Shown: positions 48,179 to 58,499 of the stretch, in pieces | How the letters are laid out: every line of letters starts with the position of its first letter | Position numbering within the stretch: position 1 is the stretch's first letter | Source: Deinococcus sp. | GTDB lineage: Bacteria > Deinococcota > Deinococci > Deinococcales > Deinococcaceae | Direction of reading: 5' to 3' | Assembly (NCBI GenBank): GCA_965261005.1 | Contig: OZ253375.1 | Coordinates: 1,792,001 to 1,856,000 of the forward strand | DNA length: 64,000 nt | Translations under genes and position numbers: made by a program | The notes under the pieces: generated by a model | The model's database searches: none | The model's input: only the letters and a program-made list of their open reading frames with translations | What the model was told of the DNA's origin: nothing

Positions 48179-49179
48179 CGCGCCTTGCCGAGCATGCGGC
48201 TCTTGCGAGAGAACAGGCCCATGATGCCGCCGGGGGCGAACAGCGTGACGACCACGATCAGGACGCCGTAGATCAGCAAATTGGCCTCGCCGACGTAGCG
48301 CCGGGTCAGCTCGCCCAGCAGCAGCAAGGCGACCGCGCCGATCACGGGTCCCTGGATGCTGGCCCGCCCGCCGATAATGGCGAAGAGGGCGATCTGAATG
48401 GAGAGCGGCAGTTCCAGCAGCGTGTGTGGCTCGAAGGCTTGTAAGTAGATGCCGTACATGGCCCCGCCCAGGGCCGTCAGCGCCGCGCTGATGGCGAAGG
48501 CGACCAGCTTCATGCGGGTGGGGTCAATGCCCAGCGCCCGCGCCGAGTCCTCGTCCTCGCGCACGGCCAGCAGGGCGAAGCCGAGCCTGGAGCGGCGGAT
48601 CAGGTGCGTGATCAGCAGGACCAGGGCCACGAAGCCGAGCGCCAGCCAATACTCGTTGACGCGCTCGAACAGGTCCAGCCCGAAGAACTTCGGCAGGTCC
48701 GGCACGAACAGGCCCTCGGCGCCGCCGGTGACGCCGTTCGGGTCGTTGATGGCGTACAGCCGCAGCAGCAGCGCCACCGCAATGGAGGCCAGCGTGAAGT
48801 AGGCCCCGCGCAGCCGGAAGGTCAGGCCGCCCCAAATGAGCGAGAGCAGCGCCGCGAGGCCCATGCCGGCCAGGGCGCCCCACCACGGCGCGAGGCCGAA
48901 GTTGATCGCCAGCAGCGTCGTGACGTAGGCCCCAACGCCCAGCAGCGCGGCGTGCCCGAAGCTCTCTTGCCCGGCCCAGCCGCCCAAAATGTTCCACGAC
49001 AGCGCCATGCCGGCGAACAGCAGCGTGGAGACGCCCCAGTTGAGGCCCAGCAGCTTGAAGCCCAGCCCGATCAAGAGGGGATACAGCGCCATCAGCGCGA
49101 TCAGGATGACGCTCAGCCAGGTGCTGCCGAAGTTGAGCCTCGGCGCGCGCCCGGAAGCAGGCTCGGCGGTGACCGTCAT
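48175..49179 (-). CDS. ABC permease (LivM-like)
   Basis: WNILGGWAGQESFGHA; RLRGAYF; AVREDEDSARALGI. Confidence 0.92.
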   Translation of the reverse strand: MTVTAEPASGRAPRLNFGSTWLSVILIALMALYPLLIGLGFKLLGLNWGVSTLLFAGMALSWNILGGWAGQESFGHAALLGVGAYVTTLLAINFGLAPWWGALAGMGLAALLSLIWGGLTFRLRGAYFTLASIAVALLLRLYAINDPNGVTGGAEGLFVPDLPKFFGLDLFERVNEYWLALGFVALVLLITHLIRRSRLGFALLAVREDEDSARALGIDPTRMKLVAFAISAALTALGGAMYGIYLQAFEPHTLLELPLSIQIALFAIIGGRASIQGPVIGAVALLLLGELTRRYVGEANLLIYGVLIVVVTLFAPGGIMGLFSRKSRMLGKAR

Positions 49180-50072
49180 ACCCGCGTCACCGTCTTGCCG
49201 AAGAGGCCCTCGGGCCGGAACAGCAGCACCAGCAGGAACAGCACCAGCCCAAAGGCGTCGCGCCAAGCGTTCAGGCCCACGCTGCCAATCGTGCCGGTCG
49301 CGCCGATGGTCTCGATCAGGCCCAGGAACAGCCCGCCCAGCACCGCCCCCGACAGGTTGCCGAGGCCGCCCAGCACCGTCACCACGAAGGCCTTGAGAAG
49401 GAAGTTCTCGCCGATGGTCGGGATCACCGAGCCTAAAATGGGCAGCAGCAGAATGCCCGCCAGCAGCGCCAGCGCGACGCCGATGCCAAAGACGATGGCC
49501 CGCACCCGGCCGGTGTCCACGCCCTGTAACTCGGCGCCCAGGGAATTTTGGGCGGTGGCGCGAATGGCCCGGCCCAGCTCGGTGCGGTAGAGGAGCGCGT
49601 TGAGGGCCAGAATGGCAACCAGGGTCACGGCCCCCGCCACCACGAAGGGAATGCTCAGCCGCGCGCCCGCGAAATTGACGGTGGCGATGGCGTAGGGCAC
49701 ATTCACGCTTTGCGGCTGCGCGCCGAAGCCCAGAAACAGCGAGTTGGAAAAGATCAAGCCGAGGCCTAGCGTCGCCAGCAGCGAGGCGTTCCCGAGTCCC
49801 TGCGGCAGGCGCGCCAGAATCAGACGCTCTATGGCGTAGCCCAGCGCGAAGCCCAGCGGCAGGGCGGCCAGAATGCCCAGGTACGGGTCAATATGAAAGC
49901 GGGTCGCCAGAAACAGCGCCAGGAACATGCCCAGCGTCAGGGCGTCCCCGTGCGCGAAGTTCACCACCCGCATCACCCCGAAGATCAGCGACAGGCCCAG
50001 GCCGATCAAACCGTACACGCCGCCGACCAGCAAGCCTTGCAGCAGGGTTTGCAGGGAGAAGTCGAAGGTCAC
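49176..50072 (-). CDS. ABC permease (LivH-like)
   Basis: GLSLIFGVMRVVNFAHG; GRAIRATAQN; VLGGLG. Confidence 0.92.
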   Translation of the reverse strand: MTFDFSLQTLLQGLLVGGVYGLIGLGLSLIFGVMRVVNFAHGDALTLGMFLALFLATRFHIDPYLGILAALPLGFALGYAIERLILARLPQGLGNASLLATLGLGLIFSNSLFLGFGAQPQSVNVPYAIATVNFAGARLSIPFVVAGAVTLVAILALNALLYRTELGRAIRATAQNSLGAELQGVDTGRVRAIVFGIGVALALLAGILLLPILGSVIPTIGENFLLKAFVVTVLGGLGNLSGAVLGGLFLGLIETIGATGTIGSVGLNAWRDAFGLVLFLLVLLFRPEGLFGKTVTRV

Positions 50073-50081
50073 GCGCGCTCC

Positions 50082-51239
50082 TTATTTGGGCTTGGGAAAG
50101 ATCAGCTTGCCCTTGGCGGCGGTGGCCGGGGCGACCGTCACAAACTTGCCGCCCTGCACTTGCGTGATCAGGCCCACCACGGCGTTCTGGTTCTAATAAC
50201 CGGCGTAGTTCCTGAATTGCACCGGGCCGAAGGCCGTATTCAGCTTGGTCTTGGCGAGGGCGTCGCGCACCTTCTGAGGATCATTGCTCCCGGCGCGTTT
50301 CACGGCGTCCACCGCCGCCAACATGGCGGCGTAGCTTTGCGCGGCGTGCTGCGAGGGTTCCTCGCCGCCCAGGGCCGCTCTCAGCTTGGTGTAGAGCTTT
50401 TGCGCGCCGGGGTAGGCCACGTCCGAGTTCCAGACCATCACCACGACCACGTTCTCGGCGGCGTCACCGGCCCCCTGAACAAAGCTCGGCAGCGCGAAGC
50501 CGGTGGCGAAGCCCGCGATTAATTTGGGGCTGAGGCCCACCTCTTTCGCTTGGCGCGCGATGGCGACCGAGTCCGACTCGTAGGAGGCGATCAGGAGGGC
50601 GTCGGGGTTCTGCGCCCTAAAGCGGCTCAGCAGCGGGCGGAAGTCGTTGAGACCCGTGTCATAAGTGTCCTGCGCGACAATCTGGTAATCGCCCTTGCCA
50701 AGAATGGCCTTGATGTCGCTCGCCACCGACTTGCCAAAGGCGTCGTTGCTGGTCAGGACCGCGATGGTCTTGATGGGCAGCTTTTGCACCGCGCTCAAGA
50801 GCGAGCGCGAGTACACGCTCGACTGATTGTTGACCCGGAAGGTGTAGGCGTTGCCGGGCTTGGTGATGGTCTCGTCCACGGCGGTCGCCACGATCAGGGG
50901 CACCTTTTGGCGCGCGAGGTACTGCGACAGCGGCTTGGTGATCGAACTGGCGTAGGCGCCAATCACCACCGGCACCCCCTCGTTCACCAGCTTCTCGGCC
51001 GCGCTGAGGGCCTTGTTGGTGTCGCTGGCGTCGTCCTGCAAGTCCAGCTGAACCGGCTCGCCATTGATCCCGCCCGCCGCGTTGACCTCGTCGAGGGCCA
51101 CCTGAAAGCCCGCCCTTTGCATCTTGCCGAAGGTGGCAAAGCGCCCGGTCAGCGAGGTGACGGCGCCGATCTTGACGGTGTCTTGGGCGCTGGCGACGCC
51201 GGAAAGCAGGGCGAGCAGTGCGAGTCTCTTAAAGTTCAT
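50082..51239 (-). pseudogene. ABC substrate-binding protein (LivK-like) with internal TAG at 50193-50195
   Basis: Frame continues after the stop as NQNAVVGLITQVQGGKFVTVAP...KPK to TAA 50082, next to the livH SD. Confidence 0.8.
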
Positions 51240-51327
51240 ACGATCCTCCTGGAACCCGCTGCGGCAAGGGGCCAATGACGGCGACACGCGCATGCTATAG
51301 GCAACGCGCGGGCAGGTAAAGGGCCGG

Positions 51328-51621
51328 TCAGCCCGCCGTCCCCTGGTTGCCCTCGACCACCGTCAGCGAGCGCAGCGTTTTTCCTTGGTGCCAGCCAAAC
51401 TGCGGGGCGCGAAAACCCAGCGCGTCGGCCACGGCCCGTGCCTGCTCCTGGGTCGGCTCACCCTCCAACTGAAACAGCAAGACCTTGTCGCCGCCCGGCC
51501 CGACGCGCACGAACAAATCCTGGCCGAGTTCGAGCTGCTGGGTGCGTTCCAGATCGCGCGCCCGGCGCTGGGCGTGGCGCAGCGCGTCGCGAATCTTGAC
51601 GGTGACGGTGGGGTGGGACAT
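51328..51621 (-). CDS. hypothetical protein
   Basis: 97-aa ORF with SD, directly after the TetR gene. Confidence 0.7.
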   Translation of the reverse strand: MSHPTVTVKIRDALRHAQRRARDLERTQQLELGQDLFVRVGPGGDKVLLFQLEGEPTQEQARAVADALGFRAPQFGWHQGKTLRSLTVVEGNQGTAG

Positions 51622-51623
51622 GG

Positions 51624-52202
51624 CTACCTTCTCAGGCCCTCCAGCAGCAGGTCGGTGTACTGGTCGGCGATTTGGCGCGCGCTGAGGGGGCCGCCCGCCT
51701 TGTACCAGGTATAGGTCCAGTTGACCGCGCTCAGCAGCAAATTGGCGGTCATCTTGACGTCGAGGTGCGCCTTAAAGGCGCCCTGCTCGATCCCCTCGCG
51801 CACCAGGTCGCGGTAAAGGGCGTCAATGGTGTCGCGCCAAGCGGTCACCTTGTCGTACGCCTGCGGCGAAAGGTGCTTCCACTCGTGAAAAAAGACCGTT
51901 GCGCTCTCCAGATTCTGGGCCACCACCTCGATGTGGCGCCGCATCGCCTCGCGCAGCTTCTGCTCGGGCGTCAAATCGGCCGCCCTGAGCGGCAGCAGGG
52001 CGTCGTCGAACTGCTGGGCGGCCTGATCCACCAATTCGATCAGCAGCTCCTCCTTGCCGCTGATGTGCGCGTAGAGGCTGCCACCTTGCATGCCCAGCGC
52101 CGAGGCGAGGTCGCGCATGCTGGTCGCGTGGTAGCCGCGCTCGGAAAACAGCGCCCCCGCCACCTGATAAATCTGATCGCGGCGGCTCTTGGGCTGCGTC
52201 AC
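51624..52202 (-). CDS. TetR family regulator (PaaR/KstR2-like)
   Basis: [41 protein letters not shown]. Confidence 0.9.
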   Translation of the reverse strand: MTQPKSRRDQIYQVAGALFSERGYHATSMRDLASALGMQGGSLYAHISGKEELLIELVDQAAQQFDDALLPLRAADLTPEQKLREAMRRHIEVVAQNLESATVFFHEWKHLSPQAYDKVTAWRDTIDALYRDLVREGIEQGAFKAHLDVKMTANLLLSAVNWTYTWYKAGGPLSARQIADQYTDLLLEGLRR

Positions 52203-52322
52203 GCCGCACCCCGAACCAAACGAACGCTCATCAGGGGAGTGTATCAGCAACGCTAAGTGAGCGTGGCGGCCCCTTGAGCGCCCTCACACCCCCGGACGCG
52301 CCGTTTGCGCTTAACTCGCAGC

Positions 52323-52511
52323 ATGACCGACGATAAGAAGAATCAAGCCGAGCAGATGCAGCAAGGGTACGAGCGGCAGCAGCGCGACTATGAGGGGGGC
52401 GGCGCGAACCCCGCCGGCGGCGCCGGCAGCACCTCCACCCCAGGAAACCCCGGCGTGAACGACGAGGTGCGCGAGGAGCGAGACGAATCGGCGGGGGCGG
52501 CCGATCAGTAG
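52323..52511 (+). CDS. small acidic hydrophilic protein
   Basis: MTDDKKNQAEQ..., 62 aa, G/E/D/Q rich. Confidence 0.55.
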   Translation: MTDDKKNQAEQMQQGYERQQRDYEGGGANPAGGAGSTSTPGNPGVNDEVREERDESAGAADQ

Positions 52512-52582
52512 AGTCCCTTCTCCAAAGGCAACTTCAGTCTCCCGACATCCGCCGCCGCCATCAGACGTTTAGCTTGTCAGGC

Positions 52583-52930
52583 ATGACAGGAAGAAGCGAC
52601 GACGCCTATCCCGACCCGGACACGACCGACTCATACCAGACCGACGAGATCGAGAACATCGTGGAGCTGACCCACGGCGAGGGTCCCAGCGTTCCCGACC
52701 GCGACGACACCGGCGGCGGCCCCAAGGGGGGCAACACCACCGACGGCCGCACCGGACCCGGCAGCGCGGGCGTGGGGGGCGCTCCCGATAGTACCTTGCG
52801 CGTCCAGGACGACGGCATCGGCGACGGTCAGGTGAAGACACACGGCGACGAGCTGCGCCCGCTGGGCGGTTGGCAGGACGGCGAGCACGAGACGGCCGCC
52901 CAGCGCACCCTGGAGGGCGACGAAAGCTAA
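52583..52930 (+). CDS. acidic Gly/Asp-rich disordered protein
   Basis: 115 aa. TAGCTT -10 shortly before the ATG. Confidence 0.65.
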   Translation: MTGRSDDAYPDPDTTDSYQTDEIENIVELTHGEGPSVPDRDDTGGGPKGGNTTDGRTGPGSAGVGGAPDSTLRVQDDGIGDGQVKTHGDELRPLGGWQDGEHETAAQRTLEGDES

Positions 52931-53349
52931 AGGTCGCCGTGTAGGGTCAGCAGCAGCGAGCGCGGCCCGCCGTCGTCGCGGTGCTCACACAGGTAAATCC
53001 CCTGCCAGGTTCCCAGTGCGAGGCGCCCCCCCGCCACCGGCAAGCTGAGAAAGCTGCCCAGCAAGCTGGCCTTGAGGTGCGCGGGCATGTCGTCCGGTCC
53101 CTCCAGGGTGTGTTCCAGGTACGGGGCGCCGTCGGGCACCAGCCGGTCGAAGAAGCGCCTGAAGTCGCGGCGCACGTCCGGCGAGGCGTTCTCGTTGAGG
53201 GTCAGGCTAGCCGAGGTGTGCTGAATGAAGACATGCAGCAGGCCGGCGCGTACCTGTGGCAGCTCGGGCAGGGTGGCCAGCACCTCGCGCGTAATCAGGT
53301 GAAAGCCGCGCGGCCTCGACAGCGCCAGGGCGCGTTGGAAAAAGGGCAT
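52927..53349 (-). CDS. yjbQ: YjbQ (UPF0047) family protein
   Basis: HTSASLTLNENASPDV; PAHLKASLLG; LGTWQGIYLCEH. Confidence 0.93.
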   Translation of the reverse strand: MPFFQRALALSRPRGFHLITREVLATLPELPQVRAGLLHVFIQHTSASLTLNENASPDVRRDFRRFFDRLVPDGAPYLEHTLEGPDDMPAHLKASLLGSFLSLPVAGGRLALGTWQGIYLCEHRDDGGPRSLLLTLHGDL

Positions 53350-54239
53350 CAGGCCACCCGTTCGGCCCCGAAGCGGCGGCTGGGCGAGACGTACTCCCCT
53401 TGCGCGGCGACCAGTTGCAGCTCGCGGGTGCCAGCCCGCAGGGTGCGTTCCAGCAAACCGTACAGCCCGGAGACGGCGTCTTCCAGCGCCCGCACCACGT
53501 CCCGCCCGATCAGGTAATGGCCCAGGAACAGCGCCGCGATGGCGTCGCCGGCCCCGTTGGGCGGCGGGTCGAGCGGGAGCAGCGGCGTGCGGACGGTCCA
53601 GGCGCCCTCACCCGACACCGCCAGCGTCTCTATGGTCTGCGGGGGCGTCCCCTCGCGCAGCAAGCTGGTTATCAGGACCACGCGCGGCCCGCCTCGTTTC
53701 ATGCGCCCGCGCAGTTCTTGCGCCGCGTCCAGGGCGCCTGGCAAGCTTTCCACCGTCCGTCCGGTCAGCAACTCCAGCTCGAATTGGTTGGGCGTCAGGA
53801 TGTCGGCCTGCGGCACGGCCTGCGCCCGCATCACCTCCGGAATTTCGGGCCGCACGAACACGCCCCGGCCCACGTCCCCCATCACCGGGTCGCAGCAGTA
53901 CAGGGCCGCCGGGTTGGCCTCGCGCACCATGCCTACTGCCTCCAGAATGGCCCCCGCCGTGCCGGCGTCGCCCATGTAGCCCGACAGCAGCGCCCCGCAC
54001 GCGGGCAGCGCGCCGCGCGCCGCGATGCCCGCGACCAGCTCGGAGACGTGCTGCGGCGCGAACACCTGGCCGGTCCACGCGCCGTAGCCGGTGTGATTGG
54101 AAAACTGCACGGTGTTGACGGCCCACACCTCGAAGCCGAGGCGCTGCAAGGGGAACACCGCCGAGGCGTTGCCCGCGTGGCCGTAGGCGACCCAGGACTG
54201 AATGGAGAGGATATTGATGGGCACGTCGGCGTCTGGCAT
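53349..54239 (-). CDS. pdxY: pyridoxal kinase
   Basis: [39 protein letters not shown]. Confidence 0.94.
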   Translation of the reverse strand: MPDADVPINILSIQSWVAYGHAGNASAVFPLQRLGFEVWAVNTVQFSNHTGYGAWTGQVFAPQHVSELVAGIAARGALPACGALLSGYMGDAGTAGAILEAVGMVREANPAALYCCDPVMGDVGRGVFVRPEIPEVMRAQAVPQADILTPNQFELELLTGRTVESLPGALDAAQELRGRMKRGGPRVVLITSLLREGTPPQTIETLAVSGEGAWTVRTPLLPLDPPPNGAGDAIAALFLGHYLIGRDVVRALEDAVSGLYGLLERTLRAGTRELQLVAAQGEYVSPSRRFGAERVA

Positions 54240-54364
54240 TCCGCCGATAATAGCTTGCCCGCCGGAAAGTCCCTCAAATCGTCATAGATCAAACCGTCAT
54301 GGTCAAATGGTCGTGGCGCCGCGTGAAGGCGGCGCCAATGTGTGTTTCAACTTGTACGCAAGCG

Positions 54365-55456
54365 CTAGCTTTGGTCGCCCTCTGCATGCGTCGGCACCTC
54401 GGGATTCACCACGAACTCGGTCGGGTCAAGGTCGGCAAAGCCGATTTCCCGCTCGTAGCGCTGGATCTTGACGTGCAGCCGCTCCACGTCGCCCTCCACC
54501 TGGCCGTAATCGAAGCTGTCCCACACCGCCGTCGGCTGCCTCGCCGCGCCCTCGAAGTCGGGCACCTCGCGGGTGGCCTTGATGCCCTCTTCGAGCTTGC
54601 GGCGGCTCTCGATGCCGAGATTGCGAAAGACCAGCTGCACCACGTCGCGGCCGAACTCGCGCGGCCCGTAGATGCCCGCCTTGTAGACCGTCTCGAAGAA
54701 GTGGTCCCAATCCGGCACCAAGTGCGAGGCCGGCATCGAAAAGCTGGTGATGACGTGCTTGATGGCCTCCAAGGTACGCTGCGGGTAGTAGTACAGATAC
54801 AGCCGCACGCCCTCCAAAAAGAAGTTGTAGTGCGCTGCCTCGTCCACCGCGATGGTCTGCGACACCCGCGCCAGCACCGGGTCCGTGGCGCCCCGCAGGT
54901 GCGGCTTGTCGCTCTTGCCGAGGGCGATGTTCATCATGTTCAAGTAGTTGAGCTGGGTAGCGCGCTCTTGAAAGACCGTGTAGACCAAGTTGGTGATGGC
55001 GTCCGGAAAAGGCAGGTGCCACTGCTGGGCGCGCAGACGCTCCTTGTACTCGGCGATCCAGGCGGGCGGGCGCTGGCGCGCGAACAGGAGGGCATTTTCC
55101 CAGGTGTCGGCGTGCTTCTCCTCCTCGCTGCCCCAGCGCAATTGAAAGTGGCTGCGGCCGTGCGAGCGGCGCACCACGTTCAGCAGTTCGCTGGTGTAGT
55201 CGGGCGCGTACTGCTCGACCGCGAAAAAGCCTTGCAACACCGTCACGACCTCTCCCGGCAGGTCGTGGCGCAGCTTGCGCCAATCGAAGCTCTTGTCGGG
55301 GTTCCAGTTGCGGGTTTCCTGGCTGCGGGTGGTGTACCAGCGGTACAGGCCCAAAAAGGCGCGCTCGATCAACAGGTCCTTTTCACGGTTCGAGAGCAGC
55401 CCGGCGGGCGTGCGCGGCAAGTCGGCCAGCACCGACGGGGGTAAGGTCGAGGTCAT
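54365..55456 (-). CDS. acyl-ACP desaturase (ferritin-like)
   Basis: WGSEEEKH; YTVFQERAT; IAVDEAAH; FSMP. Confidence 0.88.
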   Translation of the reverse strand: MTSTLPPSVLADLPRTPAGLLSNREKDLLIERAFLGLYRWYTTRSQETRNWNPDKSFDWRKLRHDLPGEVVTVLQGFFAVEQYAPDYTSELLNVVRRSHGRSHFQLRWGSEEEKHADTWENALLFARQRPPAWIAEYKERLRAQQWHLPFPDAITNLVYTVFQERATQLNYLNMMNIALGKSDKPHLRGATDPVLARVSQTIAVDEAAHYNFFLEGVRLYLYYYPQRTLEAIKHVITSFSMPASHLVPDWDHFFETVYKAGIYGPREFGRDVVQLVFRNLGIESRRKLEEGIKATREVPDFEGAARQPTAVWDSFDYGQVEGDVERLHVKIQRYEREIGFADLDPTEFVVNPEVPTHAEGDQS

Positions 55457-55557
55457 AAGAAACTAATTTTAGCGTACAAGCGGGGTTTTTCTGTGAACCG
55501 CTCCATACGGCCTTCACACAATACGGAATAAAAGAAAACAATCCCGGAAGTAGGCAA

Positions 55558-55592
55558 CAAAAAAAGGGACCCCGCAAGGTCCCCAACTTTTT
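55558..55592 (-). terminator. csp intrinsic terminator
   Basis: GGGACC/GGTCCC hairpin flanked by an A7 tract (U-tail on the minus strand). Confidence 0.7.
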
Positions 55593-55627
55593 GGGCTTAC
55601 CGTTTTCTGGACTTATCAGTTCTGGGC

Positions 55628-55891
55628 TTACCAGCGGCTGTCGCGCTGGGAGCGGTCACCATAGCCGCTGCTCACCGGCGCGGCCTTGGTCACCACGATG
55701 TTCTTGGCCTGCGGCCCCTTGCCGTTGGCGCCGGGCTGAATTTCAAATTCGACCTCGTCACCCTCATTCAGCTTGCGGAAACCGCTCGACTGAATCGCGC
55801 TGTAGTGCGCGAACAGGTCGGGCTGACCCTCGCACTCGATGAAACCGAAGCCTTTTTCCGCGTTGAACCACTTCACTCGACCTACTGGCAT
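55628..55891 (-). CDS. cold-shock domain protein (PprM-like)
   Basis: [37 protein letters not shown]. Confidence 0.95.
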   Translation of the reverse strand: MPVGRVKWFNAEKGFGFIECEGQPDLFAHYSAIQSSGFRKLNEGDEVEFEIQPGANGKGPQAKNIVVTKAAPVSSGYGDRSQRDSRW

Positions 55892-56050
55892 GCTCACTCC
55901 TGTACCTTCCGGCAAACGAACGGCGCGTCATGTCTGCCACGCGCGCCCACGTCCGTTGCGTCCTTGGAAGGCGTTCAGTATCGCGGCAAAAGGGGGGCGC
56001 GAAAGGTGACTGGCCTACATAAACGCTCGGTTCGGCGCTATGCTGTTCTG

Positions 56051-56800
56051 GTGGTTGTCCCGGTGACTTGGCGCGCGTTTTGGCAGCTGTTCGCTTTCGA
56101 GGCGCGTCAAAAGGCCGCGACCTTGCTGCTGGGCGTGGGCGTGGTGCTGCTGCTGGACGCCTTTATCGCGTGGCGGGTGCAGGAGCCGCAGCTTCAAACC
56201 TTGGTGGCGGCGCTGGTGGCGGCGGCGCCGCTGCTGTACTGGGTCTTCGGCGGCTTGGCGGCGTTTTGGGGCGAGTTCGGCAGCGGCGCCTACCTGTTGA
56301 TACGCGGTTTGCCGGTGTCCGGCGCGGCGGTGGTCGCGGCCAAGTACCTGTGGCTGCTGACCGAACTGGGCGTGCTGGCCGGGCTGCTGCTCGCCTCGGC
56401 GCTGTACTTCGCGGACGGGGTGGTGCCCCTCTCCGAAATTCAGCTGACCCCACGCCTCGCGTGGCAACTGGCCGCCCTGGGCGTGGGCGCGCTGCTCTCC
56501 CCCCCGGCCATCGCGGTGACCGCCAGCGTGGTGGGGCGCGCGTCGAGGGCGGGGCTGCTGGGCGGCTTCGCGGCCTTCGCGCTGCTGTGGTGGGCTTACG
56601 TCCTGCTGGGCGAGGCGGCGGGCGCCTACGACGCGCTGGGCCAGCTCACCCTGCGCTTCGCGGCCCTGCCCGAGGAGCTGTGCGCGGCGGGAGGACAGTG
56701 TTACCTGCGGCTGAACGGCGCGCTGCTGCTGCTGCAACCGCTGTTCGCGCTGTTCGCGCTGTGGATCGCCGGCCGCGCCTTTGACACCCTGGAGCGCTGA
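56051..56800 (+). CDS. orphan ABC permease-like membrane protein, paralog of 41482-42324
   Basis: TATGCT -10 lies 6 nt before the GTG; LIRGLPVSGAAVVAAKYLWL. Confidence 0.75.
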   Translation: MVVPVTWRAFWQLFAFEARQKAATLLLGVGVVLLLDAFIAWRVQEPQLQTLVAALVAAAPLLYWVFGGLAAFWGEFGSGAYLLIRGLPVSGAAVVAAKYLWLLTELGVLAGLLLASALYFADGVVPLSEIQLTPRLAWQLAALGVGALLSPPAIAVTASVVGRASRAGLLGGFAAFALLWWAYVLLGEAAGAYDALGQLTLRFAALPEELCAAGGQCYLRLNGALLLLQPLFALFALWIAGRAFDTLER

Positions 56801-56869
56801 GATATGCACTACCAAGATATGCACTATCATGGCGCGTTGCGCGCCTTTCGCCGCGCGAAGGAGAACCTT

Positions 56870-57175
56870 ATGGCCGAAAAAGACATCGACAAGTTGCTGT
56901 CCATCACCGACAGCAAGTACCGCCTTTCCGTGATCGTCGCCAAGCGCGCCATTCAGCTGCGCTCGGGGGCGCCCAGCGTGCTGGCGCCCGAGCAGCGCGT
57001 GCGCACCCACAACCTGGTCACGCAGGCCATGCGCGAGCTGGCCGGCGGCAAGCTGACCGTGGGCGAGGAGCTGATCGACGAGGGGCGCCTGATTCAGGAT
57101 TATCAGCGCGCCCGCCAAGCCCAGCTTCAGGCCCAGCTGAACGCCGAGCGCGACCGCGAGCGCGACCGGGATTGA
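56870..57175 (+). CDS. rpoZ: RNA polymerase omega subunit
   Basis: IDKLL..DSKYRLSVIVAKRAIQL; AMREL. AAGGAG SD; lies before coaBC. Confidence 0.95.
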   Translation: MAEKDIDKLLSITDSKYRLSVIVAKRAIQLRSGAPSVLAPEQRVRTHNLVTQAMRELAGGKLTVGEELIDEGRLIQDYQRARQAQLQAQLNAERDRERDRD

Positions 57176-57217
57176 GGGAAAGGGCCGGAAAAGAAGTTCC
57201 CGGCCCGTTTTCATCGG

Positions 57218-58486
57218 ATGAGCGATATCAAGCCCCCGCCCACCACCGTTCCGAACGTGACCGTGCCGAGCGTGACGGTAATCGTGTCCGGCTCGGTCGC
57301 GGCCGTCAAGGCGCCGGCGGTGTTGCGTCGCCTGCGCGAAGGGGGCTTCGCGGTGCGGCCGGTGGCAACCAAGGCGGCCCTCGCCTTTGTGACCGAGCTG
57401 TCGCTGGCGACTGCCGCGGGGGGGCCGCCGTTCACCGACGCGACCTGGTTCGCCCCGCAGGCGGGGGCGCAGCACCTTCAACTGGCGCGCGCCGACTTGA
57501 TCCTGGTCGTGGCCGCCGGCGCCGATGTGCTGGCCCGCCACGCGGCCGGCCGGGCGGACGACCTCGCGGGCGCCATTCTGCTCTCGGCCCAGGCGCCGGT
57601 GCTGTGGGCGCCGGCCATGAACCCCGCCATGTGGCAGCATCCGGCGACCCAGCGAAATTTGGAGACGTTGCGCGGCTGGGGCCAGCACTTCGTCGGCCCC
57701 GTGTTCGGGGCGCTGGGCACGGGGGAGGAGGGCGAAGGCTTCGGGCGCATGGCCGAGCCGGAAGACATTGTGACGGCGGCGCTGGGGTTGCTCTCGCCGC
57801 AAGACCTGGCCGGGCTGCACGTGCTGGTCAGCGCCGGACCGACCCGCGAGTCCCTCGACCCGGTGCGCTTTATCTCCAACCCGTCGAGCGGCAAGATGGG
57901 CTACGCCGTCGCCGAGCGGGCGCTGGCGCGCGGGGCGCGGGTGACCCTGGTGAGCGGGCCGGTGTCGCTGACGCCACCTTCCGGCGCGGAAGTGGTCCGG
58001 GTCGGGAGCGCCCTGGAGATGCGCGCGGCGATGCTGGCCGCTTATGACGCGGCCGACGTCGTCGTGATGACCGCCGCCGTCGCCGACTACCGGACCGCCC
58101 AAGCAAGTTCGGAAAAGCGGGCCAAGGCGGACGCGCCGCTGACCTTGGAGCTGACGCCCAACCCCGACATCCTGGCCGAATTGGGGGCGCGCAAGGGGGA
58201 CAAGGTCCTGATCGGCTTCGCGATGGAGACGAGCGCGGGCGTAGAGCGCGCCACCGCCAAGGCCCGGCGCAAGAACGCTGACTTGATTGCGCTGAATTAC
58301 CCGGCGCGGGAGGGGACCGGCTTTGGCGGCGACGACAACGAGGTGACGGCCGTCTATCCCACGGGCGAACACGCCGCTTGGCCGCGCGCCAGTAAGCGCG
58401 AGGTGGCCGACCGGCTGCTGGACGAGGCGCTGCGCCTGCGGAGTTTGCGGGGTCAGGGTTTGCATACCCGGCCCGAACGTGCATAA
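57218..58486 (+). CDS. coaBC: bifunctional PPC decarboxylase/synthetase
   Basis: [48 protein letters not shown]. Confidence 0.95.
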   Translation: MSDIKPPPTTVPNVTVPSVTVIVSGSVAAVKAPAVLRRLREGGFAVRPVATKAALAFVTELSLATAAGGPPFTDATWFAPQAGAQHLQLARADLILVVAAGADVLARHAAGRADDLAGAILLSAQAPVLWAPAMNPAMWQHPATQRNLETLRGWGQHFVGPVFGALGTGEEGEGFGRMAEPEDIVTAALGLLSPQDLAGLHVLVSAGPTRESLDPVRFISNPSSGKMGYAVAERALARGARVTLVSGPVSLTPPSGAEVVRVGSALEMRAAMLAAYDAADVVVMTAAVADYRTAQASSEKRAKADAPLTLELTPNPDILAELGARKGDKVLIGFAMETSAGVERATAKARRKNADLIALNYPAREGTGFGGDDNEVTAVYPTGEHAAWPRASKREVADRLLDEALRLRSLRGQGLHTRPERA

Positions 58487-58499
58487 AGTACGAGCTACC

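Noticed and set aside
50193..50195. Programmed amber recoding (pyrrolysine) in livK
   Set aside because: No pyl genes or suppressor tRNA in the window, and only one such case. A point mutation or sequencing error is more parsimonious.
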